DNA of 64,000 bases from Nostoc sp. DedSLP01 (GTDB lineage: Bacteria; Cyanobacteriota; Cyanobacteriia; Cyanobacteriales; Nostocaceae). Of the stretch, positions 1 to 9,871 are shown piece by piece. Both the position numbers and the translations under genes were made by a program. The notes beneath the pieces were generated by a model, which saw only the letters and a list, made by a program, of their open reading frames with translations, was not told the origin of the DNA and ran no database searches. Location: contig JAVRCJ020000008.1 in the NCBI GenBank assembly GCA_034530875.2, positions 189,296 through 253,295 on the forward strand, in the 5' to 3' direction. Position 1 is the stretch's first letter. The number at the start of each line of letters is the position of its first letter.

Positions 1-983
1 GCTAACTTGGCTGCCATTTTAGCGATGGGGAAACCCGTAGCTTTAGAAGCTAAAGCCGAACTGCGGGAAACGCGGGGGTTCATTTCAATCACCACCACAT
101 CTCCAGTGACGGGATTAACGGCAAATTGAATATTAGAACCGCCAGTTTCCACGCCTATCTCGCGGATGATTTTAATTGCCATATCCCGCAGCCTTTGATA
201 TTCTTTATCAGTGAGGGTTTGCGCGGGAGCGACGGTAATCGAATCCCCGGTGTGAATGCCCATAGGGTCAAGGTTTTCGATGGAGCAGATAATCACCACG
301 TTATCTGCAAGGTCACGCATCACTTCTAGTTCGTATTCTTTCCAGCCGAGTAAAGACTGGTCAATGAGAATTTGGGAGACAGGGCTAGCATCTATACCGA
401 CCTGTGCCATTTCTTCAAATTCTTCTTGGTTGTAGGCAATACCGCCGCCACTTCCGCCCATTGTAAAGGCAGGACGAATAATTAAGGGATAAGTACCAAT
501 TTGACGAGCGATCGCTTTTGCTTCGTCTAAGGACTCGGCTGTGCCGCTGGGACATACAGCTACCCCGATTTTGGCCATTGCATCGCCAAAAAGTTTTCTG
601 TCTTCGGCTTTTTCAATGGCTGGCAGTTTAGCGCCGATTAACTCAACGCCGTATTTTTCCAACGCGCCATTTTTGGCTAAAGCAACAGCGATATTCAGGG
701 CAGTTTGTCCTCCCATCGTTGGGAGTAGTGCATCAGGGCGTTCTTTGGCGATTACTTTTTCGACCAATTCCGGAGTCAGCGGCTCAATGTAAGTGCGATC
801 GGCCGTTTCCGGGTCGGTCATAATCGTTGCAGGGTTAGAGTTGACCAACACGACTTCATAGCCTTCTTCTCGCAGCGCTTTGCAGGCTTGAGTGCCAGAG
901 TAGTCAAACTCACAGGCTTGTCCAATCACAATTGGGCCAGAACCTAACAGTAGAATCTTCCGGAGGTCATCACGGCGGGGCAT
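1..983 (-). CDS. carB: carbamoyl-phosphate synthase large subunit (5' part; runs off the window)
   Basis: Manual translation from ATG at 983: [59 protein letters not shown], the canonical CarB N-terminus. Confidence 0.97.
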   Translation of the reverse strand, partial: MPRRDDLRKILLLGSGPIVIGQACEFDYSGTQACKALREEGYEVVLVNSNPATIMTDPETADRTYIEPLTPELVEKVIAKERPDALLPTMGGQTALNIAVALAKNGALEKYGVELIGAKLPAIEKAEDRKLFGDAMAKIGVAVCPSGTAESLDEAKAIARQIGTYPLIIRPAFTMGGSGGGIAYNQEEFEEMAQVGIDASPVSQILIDQSLLGWKEYELEVMRDLADNVVIICSIENLDPMGIHTGDSITVAPAQTLTDKEYQRLRDMAIKIIREIGVETGGSNIQFAVNPVTGDVVVIEMNPRVSRSSALASKATGFPIAKMAAKL

Positions 984-1078
984 AGTAGTTGCCTTGGAGT
1001 ACGAGAATACAAATCCTGATTATTTTAAGGGTGTTTACCCGCGATCGTGCTTTTTATTATTAAGTTTTCTTACTTGAT

Positions 1079-1268
1079 GGGGACTGGGGACTGGGGACTG
1101 GTGATTAGGGGCTGGGAAAACCTTTGCAAATAATCAATTCCCAATCCCTAGCTGTACGCCAAGGGAACGAGAGCAAAATTAACGTTAAAGGTAAAGGGGA
1201 AAAGGTTTTGTCCCTCCCCCTCCAACCTTCACCCTTTTCCCAGTCACCAGTCCCCAGTCCCTAATCAC
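1079..1268. repeat. STRR heptamer tracts (GGGGACT)n and their inverse
   Basis: ggggactggggactggggactgg ... cccagtcaccagtccccagtccc. Confidence 0.85.
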
Positions 1269-1497
1269 TATTTTCTATTTCTAATTTTATTGAATTGTAG
1301 TGTTAAATTTTTTCTAGTTCTTGCGAAGATTTTTTATTTAATTTGATGAAAATTTTCAACAAACGCTGACTTATTGTGATAGATACATACGTATTTATTC
1401 ATAACTAAATAGCTTATAATGAGAAAGATATATGTTGGCTAACTAATTGCTAAATATTTTCAATGTTAAAATTAATGTAAATATGTTGACTTAAATT

Positions 1498-1540
1498 AAA
1501 AATGGCAGAGAGATAGGGGTACTACTTTCTGCCATTTTTT
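1498..1540 (-). terminator. inverted repeat downstream of dps, probable terminator
   Basis: aaaaatggcaga...tctgccattttt. Confidence 0.6.
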
Positions 1541-1613
1541 TATAATATTTTAAGAGTTAATCCTGCTGACTTTTTCTTTCACTCTAGGTAGGAAAATCTA
1601 GATTATGAGAGTT

Positions 1614-2168
1614 TTAGCTTTGAGCAGCTTGAACAAAGCCTAAGGTTAAGCTGTCTTTTGCGAGGAAGTGGGATAAATGATAAGTACGTTCCTCAGTTTT
1701 TAACAAAATCTTTTCGTAGAGATAGCGTGTTGCCCGATCCCCTAAACTCTCTGCCTGAGCAGCTTGGCGGCGAATTACACCAATGATTGCTTGTTCGGCA
1801 GCTAGGTCATTTTGTACCATTTGGCGAGCAGAATATACGCCGTCAGATTCTTGTTCAAAACAAGTTAGTTCTGCTAGTTTGCTAAAGGTCGCAACTGGCA
1901 CACCACCAAGTCCATCCAAGCGTTCTCCAATTTCATGGATGTGGTCTTGTACTTCTTGGTAGCTTTCGTTAAAAAATTCATGCAGAGAGTAAAATTCTGC
2001 ACCTTCGACTACAAAATGATGCTTTTGGTATTGTAAGTAAAGTGCCTGGAAACTAGCTAAGACAACGTTAAATCCTTCTGTAACTGGGGCAGTTACGCTG
2101 CGATCTAACAGCACAGGATTGTCATATACATGACCAAAGTTTCGTAGCAAAGTTTGTGTTTCAGACAT
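1614..2168 (-). CDS. dps: Dps family ferritin-like DNA-protection protein
   Basis: [14 protein letters not shown] and [12 protein letters not shown]ps motifs; 184 aa. Confidence 0.93.
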   Translation of the reverse strand: MSETQTLLRNFGHVYDNPVLLDRSVTAPVTEGFNVVLASFQALYLQYQKHHFVVEGAEFYSLHEFFNESYQEVQDHIHEIGERLDGLGGVPVATFSKLAELTCFEQESDGVYSARQMVQNDLAAEQAIIGVIRRQAAQAESLGDRATRYLYEKILLKTEERTYHLSHFLAKDSLTLGFVQAAQS

Positions 2169-2487
2169 TGTTCTCCTCGCTCTTTAGCAGTTACAGTTTT
2201 TAGCTGCTTAGTCTTTATATACTAACATTTTCATAATAATGACAAGGCCAGTTTGGCATTACAAAAATTTTGAATTATTCGCTATAAAAACTTTCAAATA
2301 TATTTGTTTGTTGAATGATGTTAAGGGATTGGGGCATGGGGCATGGGGATAAGGGAGAGAACAGGCAGAGTAAAAGGTTAAAGGGAAAAGGAATAAATTT
2401 AATCTTTCCCTTTCCCCCTTACCCCTTTCCCTTTCCCCATTCCAACACCCTATGCCCAACGCCCAGTAATTATTTTTTTTCAAAGTT

Positions 2488-2506
2488 AATGAGAATTGTT
2501 TGCACT
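2488..2506. promoter_or_regulatory. possible Fur-type box between dps and the divergent operon
   Basis: AATGAGAATTGTTTGCACT partly matches cyanobacterial Fur boxes; iron-related neighbouring genes. Confidence 0.35.
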
Positions 2507-2596
2507 TAAGGTATGCTGGTTTTAAGAGGTTAAACTCCCATTAGTTTCAATAAGCCAGAAGTCATATCGCAGTACTTACTGCAACTTTGTTGCACT

Positions 2597-2869
2597 TTGA
2601 GGGCAATTGTCTTGAAATCATCTAGTTCAGAAATAGAAAAAAAGCAGATTGTAGACGTCAATTGGGCAGACAGGTGGCAAGTCTATCAACGCTTAAAGGA
2701 GTTAGATATTCCCTGTAGTTGTATGACTAATCAGCCGTTAGAAGTTGAAATTAGTTCTCCTAGTGCGGCTGTTCAGCTTTGGAGTGTGATACAGCGATTC
2801 ACAGCCTCTCGTCAAGACCAGATTTGGACTCTCGATCGCTGCTGGAAAAGTCGTTACCAAAAGTTCTAA
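2597..2869 (+). CDS. Asr1405/Asl0597 family small protein
   Basis: WADRWQVYQRLKELDIPC and QLWSV motifs. Confidence 0.75.
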   Translation: MRAIVLKSSSSEIEKKQIVDVNWADRWQVYQRLKELDIPCSCMTNQPLEVEISSPSAAVQLWSVIQRFTASRQDQIWTLDRCWKSRYQKF

Positions 2870-2946
2870 TCTACATTGCCAGCCTGAACCCTAGTGCTGA
2901 AAATATGGCTGTAAGTAGCTTGTGTTAGTTAAAAGGAGGTTAAAAA

Positions 2947-3603
2947 ATGGGTGCATGTCGCAGTCTTGAGGTATCGGAATTTTGCCTTGAGGGTAGGTTT
3001 ATAGATTTTGTTATTAAAGATGGGTATAAGCTAAAAGGTTTACTGCTGGGTACTCACGAGGGTGAATGTTACGTTAAACTCGCCAAACATTTACGGGCTG
3101 CTTTTGATTTGCGGCTACCACCAGGTACTTGGCTACAAGTTGTTGGTCATAAACAATACGATATAAAAAAAGACAAAGTTACACTTAAAGCCGAACGTGT
3201 GATGGCGGGGCGTTCTGAAATGGCGAGAGTGCAAACCATTGCCGCGCCACAAGAACCACCATCAATTGACAATGCGAAGGTAAAACCAGCGAAGACAAAA
3301 GCGACAATTTTGGTGTGTCAAAAATCTGATTGCATGAAACGCGGTGGTAAAGCAGTTTGTCAGGCGTTGGAGGCTGCTTTGAGCGATCGCGGTTTAGAAG
3401 ACCAAGTTACAATCAAGGGCACTGGCTGTATGAAAAACTGCAAAGCCGGGCCAAACCTAGTTATGCCCGATAAAACCCGCTACAGCCAAATTCAAGCATC
3501 ACAAGTTCCAGCGCTGATGAATAAGCATTTTGCTGACACGGGTGTGACAGCACAACCAGAGAGTTTCAAAGAAGTACCAATGGTTAATCCCAAGTTTTGC
3601 TGA
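2947..3603 (+). CDS. thioredoxin-like [2Fe-2S] ferredoxin domain protein with extra N-terminal domain
   Basis: C-terminal VCQKSDC...TGCMKNCKAGPN; strong AGGAGG RBS. Confidence 0.85.
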   Translation: MGACRSLEVSEFCLEGRFIDFVIKDGYKLKGLLLGTHEGECYVKLAKHLRAAFDLRLPPGTWLQVVGHKQYDIKKDKVTLKAERVMAGRSEMARVQTIAAPQEPPSIDNAKVKPAKTKATILVCQKSDCMKRGGKAVCQALEAALSDRGLEDQVTIKGTGCMKNCKAGPNLVMPDKTRYSQIQASQVPALMNKHFADTGVTAQPESFKEVPMVNPKFC

Positions 3604-3759
3604 AGTTGATAGTAAAACCTTAACTAGTTAATGAGAAAATTTAATAGTAAGTTTTTAGTATGTTCTCTGGATACTCGGCAGTAATCTTTGCAAGATTTTT
3701 GCAAGAATTCTAGATAAAGCGATCGCCTTAAAATGTCATCAAATGGGCATAATGTGAAG

Positions 3760-3789
3760 GCGTAGGCGTAACCCGCCAAAGGCGATCGC
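3760..3789 (+). mobile_element. SDR5-type 21-nt element at a HIP1 site
   Basis: GCG-TAGGCGTAACCCGCCAAAGGC-GATCGC. Confidence 0.75.
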
Positions 3790-3932
3790 TTCATATTTCT
3801 ATACAATTGAGTTCATTGATTCTGAACGAGTTTGTCAGCAAAAAGGTAAAGTGGCTCGCAACATTTTTCAAATTCGTATTAAAACTGCAAAACGGCATTG
3901 ATTCCTAAACTGAGAGCCAGTATCATGCCTCT

Positions 3933-4361
3933 ATGACAGTTCCACAAGTTGTACTTGATACAAATGTTATAGTTGCTGGGCTGCGTTCCAACCGAGGGAG
4001 TGCTTTTCGCCTGCTGACACTCGTAGGTACAGGAGTTTTTGATATCCATCTTTCAGTTCCACTGGTTTTGAAGTATCGAGAAGTATTATCTCGCCAACTC
4101 ACAAATCTTTATCTAACTGCACTCGATATTGAAGAATTTATCGACTTTCATTGTTCGGTTGCAAAGCAGCATCAAATTTTCTTCCTTTGGCGTCCTTACT
4201 TGCCCGATCCTAAAGACGATATGGTGTTGGAGCTAGCAGTCAAGGCGCAATGTGATAGCGTAATAACATATAATGCTCGTGACTTTAATGGCATTGAGCA
4301 GTTTGGAATAAAAATATTGACACCTGCGGAGTTTTTGCAATCTATTGGAGCATTGTCATGA
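3933..4361 (+). CDS. PIN-domain putative toxin
   Basis: VVLDTNV, PDPKDDMVLELA and ITYNARDF motifs; overlaps the next ORF (ATGA). Confidence 0.88.
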   Translation: MTVPQVVLDTNVIVAGLRSNRGSAFRLLTLVGTGVFDIHLSVPLVLKYREVLSRQLTNLYLTALDIEEFIDFHCSVAKQHQIFFLWRPYLPDPKDDMVLELAVKAQCDSVITYNARDFNGIEQFGIKILTPAEFLQSIGALS

Positions 4362-4603
4362 GCAACCTCAGCATCCAGCTTCCTGACTCTTTGTACAAAA
4401 GCTTGCAGGAACTTGCCAAACAAGACGGGATTTCTATCGATCAATTTGTGGCGACAGCAGTTGCAGAAAAAATCGCTGCACTAACAACTGAAATTTATCT
4501 AGGGGAGTTAGCAAAGCGAGGTAGTCGAGAAAAATACGACGCAGTTTTAGCTAAAGTACCAGATATTGAACCAGAATCTTACGATCGCTTACCTACAGCT
4601 TAA
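4358..4603 (+). CDS. ribbon-helix-helix putative antitoxin
   Basis: LSIQLPDSLYKSLQELAKQDGISIDQFV; translationally coupled to the PIN gene. Confidence 0.8.
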   Translation: MSNLSIQLPDSLYKSLQELAKQDGISIDQFVATAVAEKIAALTTEIYLGELAKRGSREKYDAVLAKVPDIEPESYDRLPTA

Positions 4604-4610
4604 TAGCAAA

Positions 4611-4639
4611 GCGATGCCTTTGGCGGGCTACGCCTACGC
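4611..4639 (-). mobile_element. SDR5-type 21-nt element splitting a HIP1 site
   Basis: GCGAT-GCCTTTGGCGGGCTACGCCTA-CGC. Confidence 0.8.
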
Positions 4640-4675
4640 CTACACAATGTCATGAAAGGAGCATAGGTACTCGTG

Positions 4676-4942
4676 CTAACTTTCATTTTTATAAATGTCG
4701 CTACGATGTCCTACTTTAATTACAGTTATTATCAAGACATCATCATATATTTCATAAACAATTCGATAATCTCCTACTCGAATACGGTATGAATTATCAT
4801 CGCCTTGTAATTTTTTTATGCCGTTTGGACGCGGTTCTATTGCTAAGTCGTTGATTTTAGTTTGTATGCGTTGTTGTACATCTAAAGGTAATTTCCTAAA
4901 CTGCTTTTTCGCACTATTTGAAAATTTAACTTCGTAACTCAC
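4676..4942 (-). CDS. RelE/ParE family toxin
   Basis: PRPNGIKKLQG...YRIRVGDYRIVYEI...VGHRSDIY. Confidence 0.92.
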   Translation of the reverse strand: MSYEVKFSNSAKKQFRKLPLDVQQRIQTKINDLAIEPRPNGIKKLQGDDNSYRIRVGDYRIVYEIYDDVLIITVIKVGHRSDIYKNES

Positions 4943-5178
4943 GCAACATCCTTGTTTATTTCGTTTTTGATTTCATTTTGAATTTCATCCCAAGACACAG
5001 TACCATTAATGCGTATATCTTCCCTAACTTCTTTAATCGCTTTTAAGTCTTCTTCGTCGTCTAGGTCGTCAATTCTTTTTAAAAGTGCGTAGATTTCATC
5101 TAAAGTACTGTCATAAGCTTGATGTAACAGTACGTTGATATCTTTAATTAACTTTTCTCTTTCGTGTGCTGGTTTCAT
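4939..5178 (-). CDS. putative antitoxin of the RelE toxin
   Basis: Small acidic ORF overlapping relE; DEEDLKAIKE...TVSWDEI. Confidence 0.7.
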   Translation of the reverse strand: MKPAHEREKLIKDINVLLHQAYDSTLDEIYALLKRIDDLDDEEDLKAIKEVREDIRINGTVSWDEIQNEIKNEINKDVA

Positions 5179-5280
5179 CTTTAATCATCCAAGCGTGGTT
5201 TTAATTTTTCTACCACTGTCTCTAGTTTCGCCTAAAATCACATTTGCTTTCACTATGATTTACTAAAGTATTTTGGAATT

Positions 5281-5916
5281 ATGGTTCAAACAATACAGGC
5301 TAAAGAAATTACGCTGCTTGATTTAGAGAACAGCTTTGGACTGCAATTGGTTGAGGACGAGCAATTTTTTAGAGAGTGGCAAGAGAATTTACCAGAAATA
5401 ACCGATACGGAAAAAAAACAACTCAACCGAGTTAAGGCAAGTTACGCCAATTTACTCAAATATCCTCCCTTATTAGAAAACACCGTCAAGATGGTGGTGC
5501 TGTCTCCTTTGTTAGATTTGGCAGACTTTTATCTATCGCCGTTCCATGCCAAATCTGAAAAGTCTGTAGAAGTTACTGCTGACGATGAAGGCGTAACGGT
5601 CAAAGGGCAAATTGATGTCTTAATTTTATTTGAACAGCTAGTAGTAATAGTTATAGAGTCCAAACAAGCGGCTTTTTCTGTAGAAGTTGGGAAAGCACAG
5701 CTGCTAGCTTATATGTTGGCAATATCTAACACGGATAAACCAATATACGGATTAATAACTAATGGCGGTAGTTTTATTTTTCTGAAGTTGGTTAAACAAG
5801 ATAGACCACAGTATGCTTTGTCTCGCTTATTTTATATCTTCAATCCAGGCAATGAGTTATATACAGTTTTACGTGTATTGAAACGTCTGGGTAAATTGGC
5901 GACAAGTGGCAGTTAG
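5281..5916 (+). CDS. PD-(D/E)XK nuclease-like protein (HsdR N-terminal-like, cyanobacterial family)
   Basis: GQIDVLIL...VIESK, QLLAYML and GLITNG motifs. Confidence 0.75.
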   Translation: MVQTIQAKEITLLDLENSFGLQLVEDEQFFREWQENLPEITDTEKKQLNRVKASYANLLKYPPLLENTVKMVVLSPLLDLADFYLSPFHAKSEKSVEVTADDEGVTVKGQIDVLILFEQLVVIVIESKQAAFSVEVGKAQLLAYMLAISNTDKPIYGLITNGGSFIFLKLVKQDRPQYALSRLFYIFNPGNELYTVLRVLKRLGKLATSGS

Positions 5917-5986
5917 TTAACTAATTATTAATTTATAGACACAAAAAGACTTTTCACCCAGTCCCCAGTCACCAGTCCCCAGTCCC

Positions 5987-8815
5987 TTACTGTAGAGAAG
6001 ATTGCAACAACTGTCGCATAGATGTAGCTTGCACATGGTTAGGAAACACAGTTAAAAAGTCATTTAGGTCTTGGATTGCTATTTGGATTGCGATACGGAT
6101 AGCGAAGGAAGCACCTTGAGATAAGGTATATTGATATAACTGCTCTGCTGGTTGATGATATTGGGCAGCCAAATAGTAAAGAGCTAAGTTAAAACTATTA
6201 CGCCAGTTTTTAGCATCTTTTTGGTAATGCTCTTTAGCAAGCTTGATGGCAAGGGCCAAATCAGCCCGTGCTTTGTCTGGTTGGTTTAGAGCTAGGTAAG
6301 CTAAAGCGCGATTATACAAATACCAATCATAAAAAACCTGACGGGAGTTTGGAAACCCACTGGTTTCAGGTCTCTGAGGGAAAACGACATCAGATTTTAA
6401 GTTAACAGCACGATTGAAATCTGCAAGAGACTCATTGTAGCACTTAAGCATCAGATGCGTATAACCTCTATTGATCAGCGACCAGTCATCTTTGGGATCG
6501 AGTTCAATAGCACGGTTTAAATCTTGTAATGCTTCACTGTAGCGCTGCATTTGGCGATAAGTATAACCCCGACGTGCCAGCACCCATTGGTAATTAGGGT
6601 TAAGTACAATAGGGCGGTTTAAGCCTTGCGGTGGTGCTTCATGGTAGCGTTGCATTCGTCGGTAAATAAAACCCCTAAATCCTGTGGCTGGTGTCCATTG
6701 GTAATCGACATCAAGTTCAATGGCGCGGTTTAAGTCTTGCAGTGCTTCCTCATATCGGTGCATATAGCGGTAAGTATCGCCTCTACTTGCGATCGCCCAT
6801 TGATAATTGGGGTCAAGTTGAATGGCGCGGTTTAAGTCTTGCAGTGCTTCCTCATATCGGTGCATCAGGCGGTAAGTTACACCTCGATGTGCCAGCGCCC
6901 ATTGGTCATTAGGGCCAAGTTCAATAGCGCGGTTAAAGTCTTGCAGTGCTTCATCATATTGGTACATCAGGCGGTAAGTCACACCTCTACTTGCGATCGC
7001 CCATTGATAATTCGAGTTAAGCTCAATAACACGATTAAAGTCTTGCAGTGCTTCTTGGTAACGCTCCATTTGGCAGTAAGTCATCCCTCGAACTGTTAAA
7101 TACTCAACTTCTTGAGGCACTAACTTTATCGCCTGGGTTAAATCTTCCAAAGCTTTTGAGTATTGATTAGATTGAGAGTAAATATAACTACGCCAATCTA
7201 AGGCTACTGCACGCCATTTGCCCTCAAGACTAGCATCGCTCAACAGCGTTGTAAGCATTTGGGACGCAGCTTCATAACGTTTGTCTTCATAGGCTTTTAA
7301 CCAATTGCTAAGTTGCTCACCCCAACGCTCAACTTCAGCACAATCGACATCTTTACCAGCCGGAAGCATTGTTGCTGCCCAAAGTTGGGCAAAACTCCGT
7401 TGGTTTTTGAGAGCAGCAAGGAATTCATTAAGAGCTACAGGTAAATACTTTTGTGGTGATTGGCATAAGCGGTGATACAAAACATTGAGTTTATGGCTTT
7501 GCCAAGTTTGATCTCGCCAAGCTTTTACTTCCTCCAATTGCAATTCTTTAGCTAGCGTGTCGTAATGGTCTGCCAAGTTACTATGTATCTCAGCCCAACC
7601 TTGCGGCGATGAAAGACGCTTGTGGCGTAACATTTGTGTTTTCACCACATCATGATAAGCCCAGCCGTCGGTACGTTCCTTAACAAAGGATGTTTCTTTG
7701 AGCCAAGTAAACAGTTCATCTGCTTCTTGTTCTCCTCTTAACTTGGCTATCACATCTCGATTTAAACACCGAGGAATGGCAGCATCAAGCGCCACTTGTC
7801 GCCGTTTGGGGTCATCAACCCATTTTAAAAAGCGTTCTACAGCACTGCTGCTCGGTTCAAATACTTGGTTGGAGTCATTGGGATGTGCATCTGCTAGCAT
7901 TCCTACCAGCAGAGGCAAATTTCCAGAAAGGCGTAAAATCACTTCAACAACGCGACTGTTAGTAATGCCTTTACGAGTTAAATATTGTTGGGCTTCTTCT
8001 TCTGTAAAGGGTTCCAGAGGGAAACGAACTATTAACCCCTCGTAAGGTGCCCAATGATTTTTATCTAATTCATGGCGACCGGCAATCGTTATCAATATAT
8101 TGAGAGATACTTCACCGTGGCGACCCTCTAAAATTTCCCGTAGCCAGTTGTCTAGGAATTCTCCCGTGCGTTCATAAGTATCAAAAAACAGAACAACAGC
8201 GGTTTTTTCGGCAATTTTTAAAATATCTTGCAAAAATAGCGGCGTCAGCACTTCCTCTGGTTCTTGAACTAAACGCACGTCATCTTTATTTGTTATTTTT
8301 TTTGCAATATATGAAGCCAAAGCATCCTCATCTACACAGTCAAATACAGCACCGCCAACGGGAACTTGACGCGCCAGACGCACACCTGTTTTTACCATAG
8401 TTTTCCCGACAAATGCCGAAAAGCCTTGAGGGGCATCTGGATCGGTTTCTAATTCGTGGCGTTTTTGACGGTAAACTTTGTAGCGTTCTGTAAACTGTGG
8501 TAGTTTGTGACCTTGGCGTTCTAACTCTTGGGTCAAACGCCCCATGACTTCTGGTACAGTTTTCTCAGCTTCATCGATGTAAGCTGAGATAATTTTTGCT
8601 TCATCAGCAATTTTGCGAAACTGGCGTAACAGTGTACTTTTACCAACCCCGCCTTCACCCCAAACGTTAAACAAAAAACGACGGTGGTCATTCTCTAACG
8701 GTAAAGTCAAGTTTTGACGAAATTGGTTTACCTGATCTTCACGACCTACAAAACCCGATTGTTGACGTTGCTTAAGAATATCTTGTAGACTCTTGGGCTT
8801 GTTTTGTGGGTTCAT
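5987..8815 (-). CDS. STAND-like P-loop ATPase with C-terminal TPR array
   Basis: FVGREDQ, Walker A GEGGVGKST, Walker B VLFFDTYE; about 9-10 34-aa TPR units. Confidence 0.88.
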   Translation of the reverse strand: MNPQNKPKSLQDILKQRQQSGFVGREDQVNQFRQNLTLPLENDHRRFLFNVWGEGGVGKSTLLRQFRKIADEAKIISAYIDEAEKTVPEVMGRLTQELERQGHKLPQFTERYKVYRQKRHELETDPDAPQGFSAFVGKTMVKTGVRLARQVPVGGAVFDCVDEDALASYIAKKITNKDDVRLVQEPEEVLTPLFLQDILKIAEKTAVVLFFDTYERTGEFLDNWLREILEGRHGEVSLNILITIAGRHELDKNHWAPYEGLIVRFPLEPFTEEEAQQYLTRKGITNSRVVEVILRLSGNLPLLVGMLADAHPNDSNQVFEPSSSAVERFLKWVDDPKRRQVALDAAIPRCLNRDVIAKLRGEQEADELFTWLKETSFVKERTDGWAYHDVVKTQMLRHKRLSSPQGWAEIHSNLADHYDTLAKELQLEEVKAWRDQTWQSHKLNVLYHRLCQSPQKYLPVALNEFLAALKNQRSFAQLWAATMLPAGKDVDCAEVERWGEQLSNWLKAYEDKRYEAASQMLTTLLSDASLEGKWRAVALDWRSYIYSQSNQYSKALEDLTQAIKLVPQEVEYLTVRGMTYCQMERYQEALQDFNRVIELNSNYQWAIASRGVTYRLMYQYDEALQDFNRAIELGPNDQWALAHRGVTYRLMHRYEEALQDLNRAIQLDPNYQWAIASRGDTYRYMHRYEEALQDLNRAIELDVDYQWTPATGFRGFIYRRMQRYHEAPPQGLNRPIVLNPNYQWVLARRGYTYRQMQRYSEALQDLNRAIELDPKDDWSLINRGYTHLMLKCYNESLADFNRAVNLKSDVVFPQRPETSGFPNSRQVFYDWYLYNRALAYLALNQPDKARADLALAIKLAKEHYQKDAKNWRNSFNLALYYLAAQYHQPAEQLYQYTLSQGASFAIRIAIQIAIQDLNDFLTVFPNHVQATSMRQLLQSSLQ

Positions 8816-8939
8816 TACCAGATTTAATTTTGAGGCGCTAATGTTTACGAGATAACTACTAAAGCTACAGGCTGTATTTCGGAATTTATCAGACTTTTTT
8901 TCGGTAATTTTGCTGTATAAGCTTTATTTAAGCTCAAGT

Positions 8940-9210
8940 TTGACCTTTTGAGGCTCAATGTTGACCTTCTGAGGCTCAATGTTGACCTTCTGAGGCTCAA
9001 CGTTGACCTTCTGAGGTTCGACGTTGACCTTCTGAGGCTCGACGTTGACCTTCTGAGGCTCGACGTTGACCTTCTGAGGCTCGACGTTGACCTTCTGAGG
9101 CTCGACGTTGACCTTCTGAGGCTCGACGTTGACCTTCTGAGGCTCGACGTTGACCTTCTGAGGCTCAACGTTGACCTTCTGAGGTTCAACGTTGACCTTC
9201 TGAGGTTCAA
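8940..9210. repeat. tandem array, 13 x 21 bp (TTGACCTTCTGAGGYTCRAYG)
   Basis: Units counted directly at 8940+21n; no spacers. Confidence 0.98.
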
Positions 9211-9220
9211 AAATGCTTTG

Positions 9221-9268
9221 GCGACTAGAAGTCGTGGCTACACAGATAAAACCCGCCTGCGCGGGTTT
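9221..9268. repeat. Nostocales small dispersed palindromic repeat
   Basis: gcgactagaagtcgtggctacacagataaaacccgcctgcgcgggttt, containing two short hairpins. Confidence 0.6.
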
Positions 9269-9356
9269 CAAAAATCTTTAGATTAAAAACGCGAAAAGGA
9301 CATAACATTGTTATGCCCCTACAAATAATGTGTATTTTCTTAAATTGTCAACTACT

Positions 9357-9385
9357 GCGTAGGCGCAGCCCGCCGCAGGCATCGC
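9357..9385 (+). mobile_element. SDR5-type 21-nt element splitting a HIP1 site
   Basis: GCG-TAGGCGCAGCCCGCCGCAGGC-ATCGC. Confidence 0.85.
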
Positions 9386-9397
9386 CTAGTTTAGACT

Positions 9398-9871
9398 TTA
9401 GCTAACTGGGACTTCGGGTTGCTTTTTCTTAGAACGGCGGTTAAACCTGCGTCCCATCTCATCAATGACTGCATCTAAACCTGTAACATCACCGCTAACT
9501 TTGGCATAGTTATAAATTGCTAATGCTGCGGCGTAGGCTTCGCTAGCAGCGGCTATACAGGTATCATCTACAAGTTCTTGCAGTTGCGTCAAAGATAACA
9601 GCACCGGATACAAGTCCTCATATATTTCTAAGTCCCGGCGCATCTCTTCTAAATCAAAAGAACGAGGTAAAAAGTTAGGGTTTTGTGTCGCCACTTCTAA
9701 AGCTTTGCTGACAAAAGCCCGACTTTTATCACCCATCTTCAGCATTGTTCGTCGGTCTTCGGGGGTCAAATCAATTAAAAATGGTAACTTTTCCCGAATA
9801 GTGGATATTGCCTGCATGACCGCGTACTTATCTGCTGGGCTTAAGCTGGCACTGACACGATTTTCTGCCAT
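9398..9871 (-). CDS. conserved-looking hypothetical alpha-helical protein
   Basis: 157 aa with AAAGGAG RBS; LPFLIDLTPEDRR, KMGDKSRAFV and SEAYAAALAIYNYAK segments. Confidence 0.8.
   Translation of the reverse strand: MAENRVSASLSPADKYAVMQAISTIREKLPFLIDLTPEDRRTMLKMGDKSRAFVSKALEVATQNPNFLPRSFDLEEMRRDLEIYEDLYPVLLSLTQLQELVDDTCIAAASEAYAAALAIYNYAKVSGDVTGLDAVIDEMGRRFNRRSKKKQPEVPVS

Noticed and set aside
126..792. Plus-strand ORFs and other antisense shadow ORFs throughout the window
   Set aside because: They lie antisense to well-supported genes such as carB.
6500..7080. DGR template/variable repeat pair
   Set aside because: The similarity is explained by tandem TPR units; no reverse transcriptase is present and I saw no adenine-specific pattern.
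8940..9210. CRISPR array
   Set aside because: Units are contiguous with no unique spacers, and there are no cas genes in the window.
8845..9286. ORFs 8845..9210 (-) and 8948..9286 (+) as genes
   Set aside because: They are open only because the period is a multiple of 3, and unit variants are non-synonymous in these frames.
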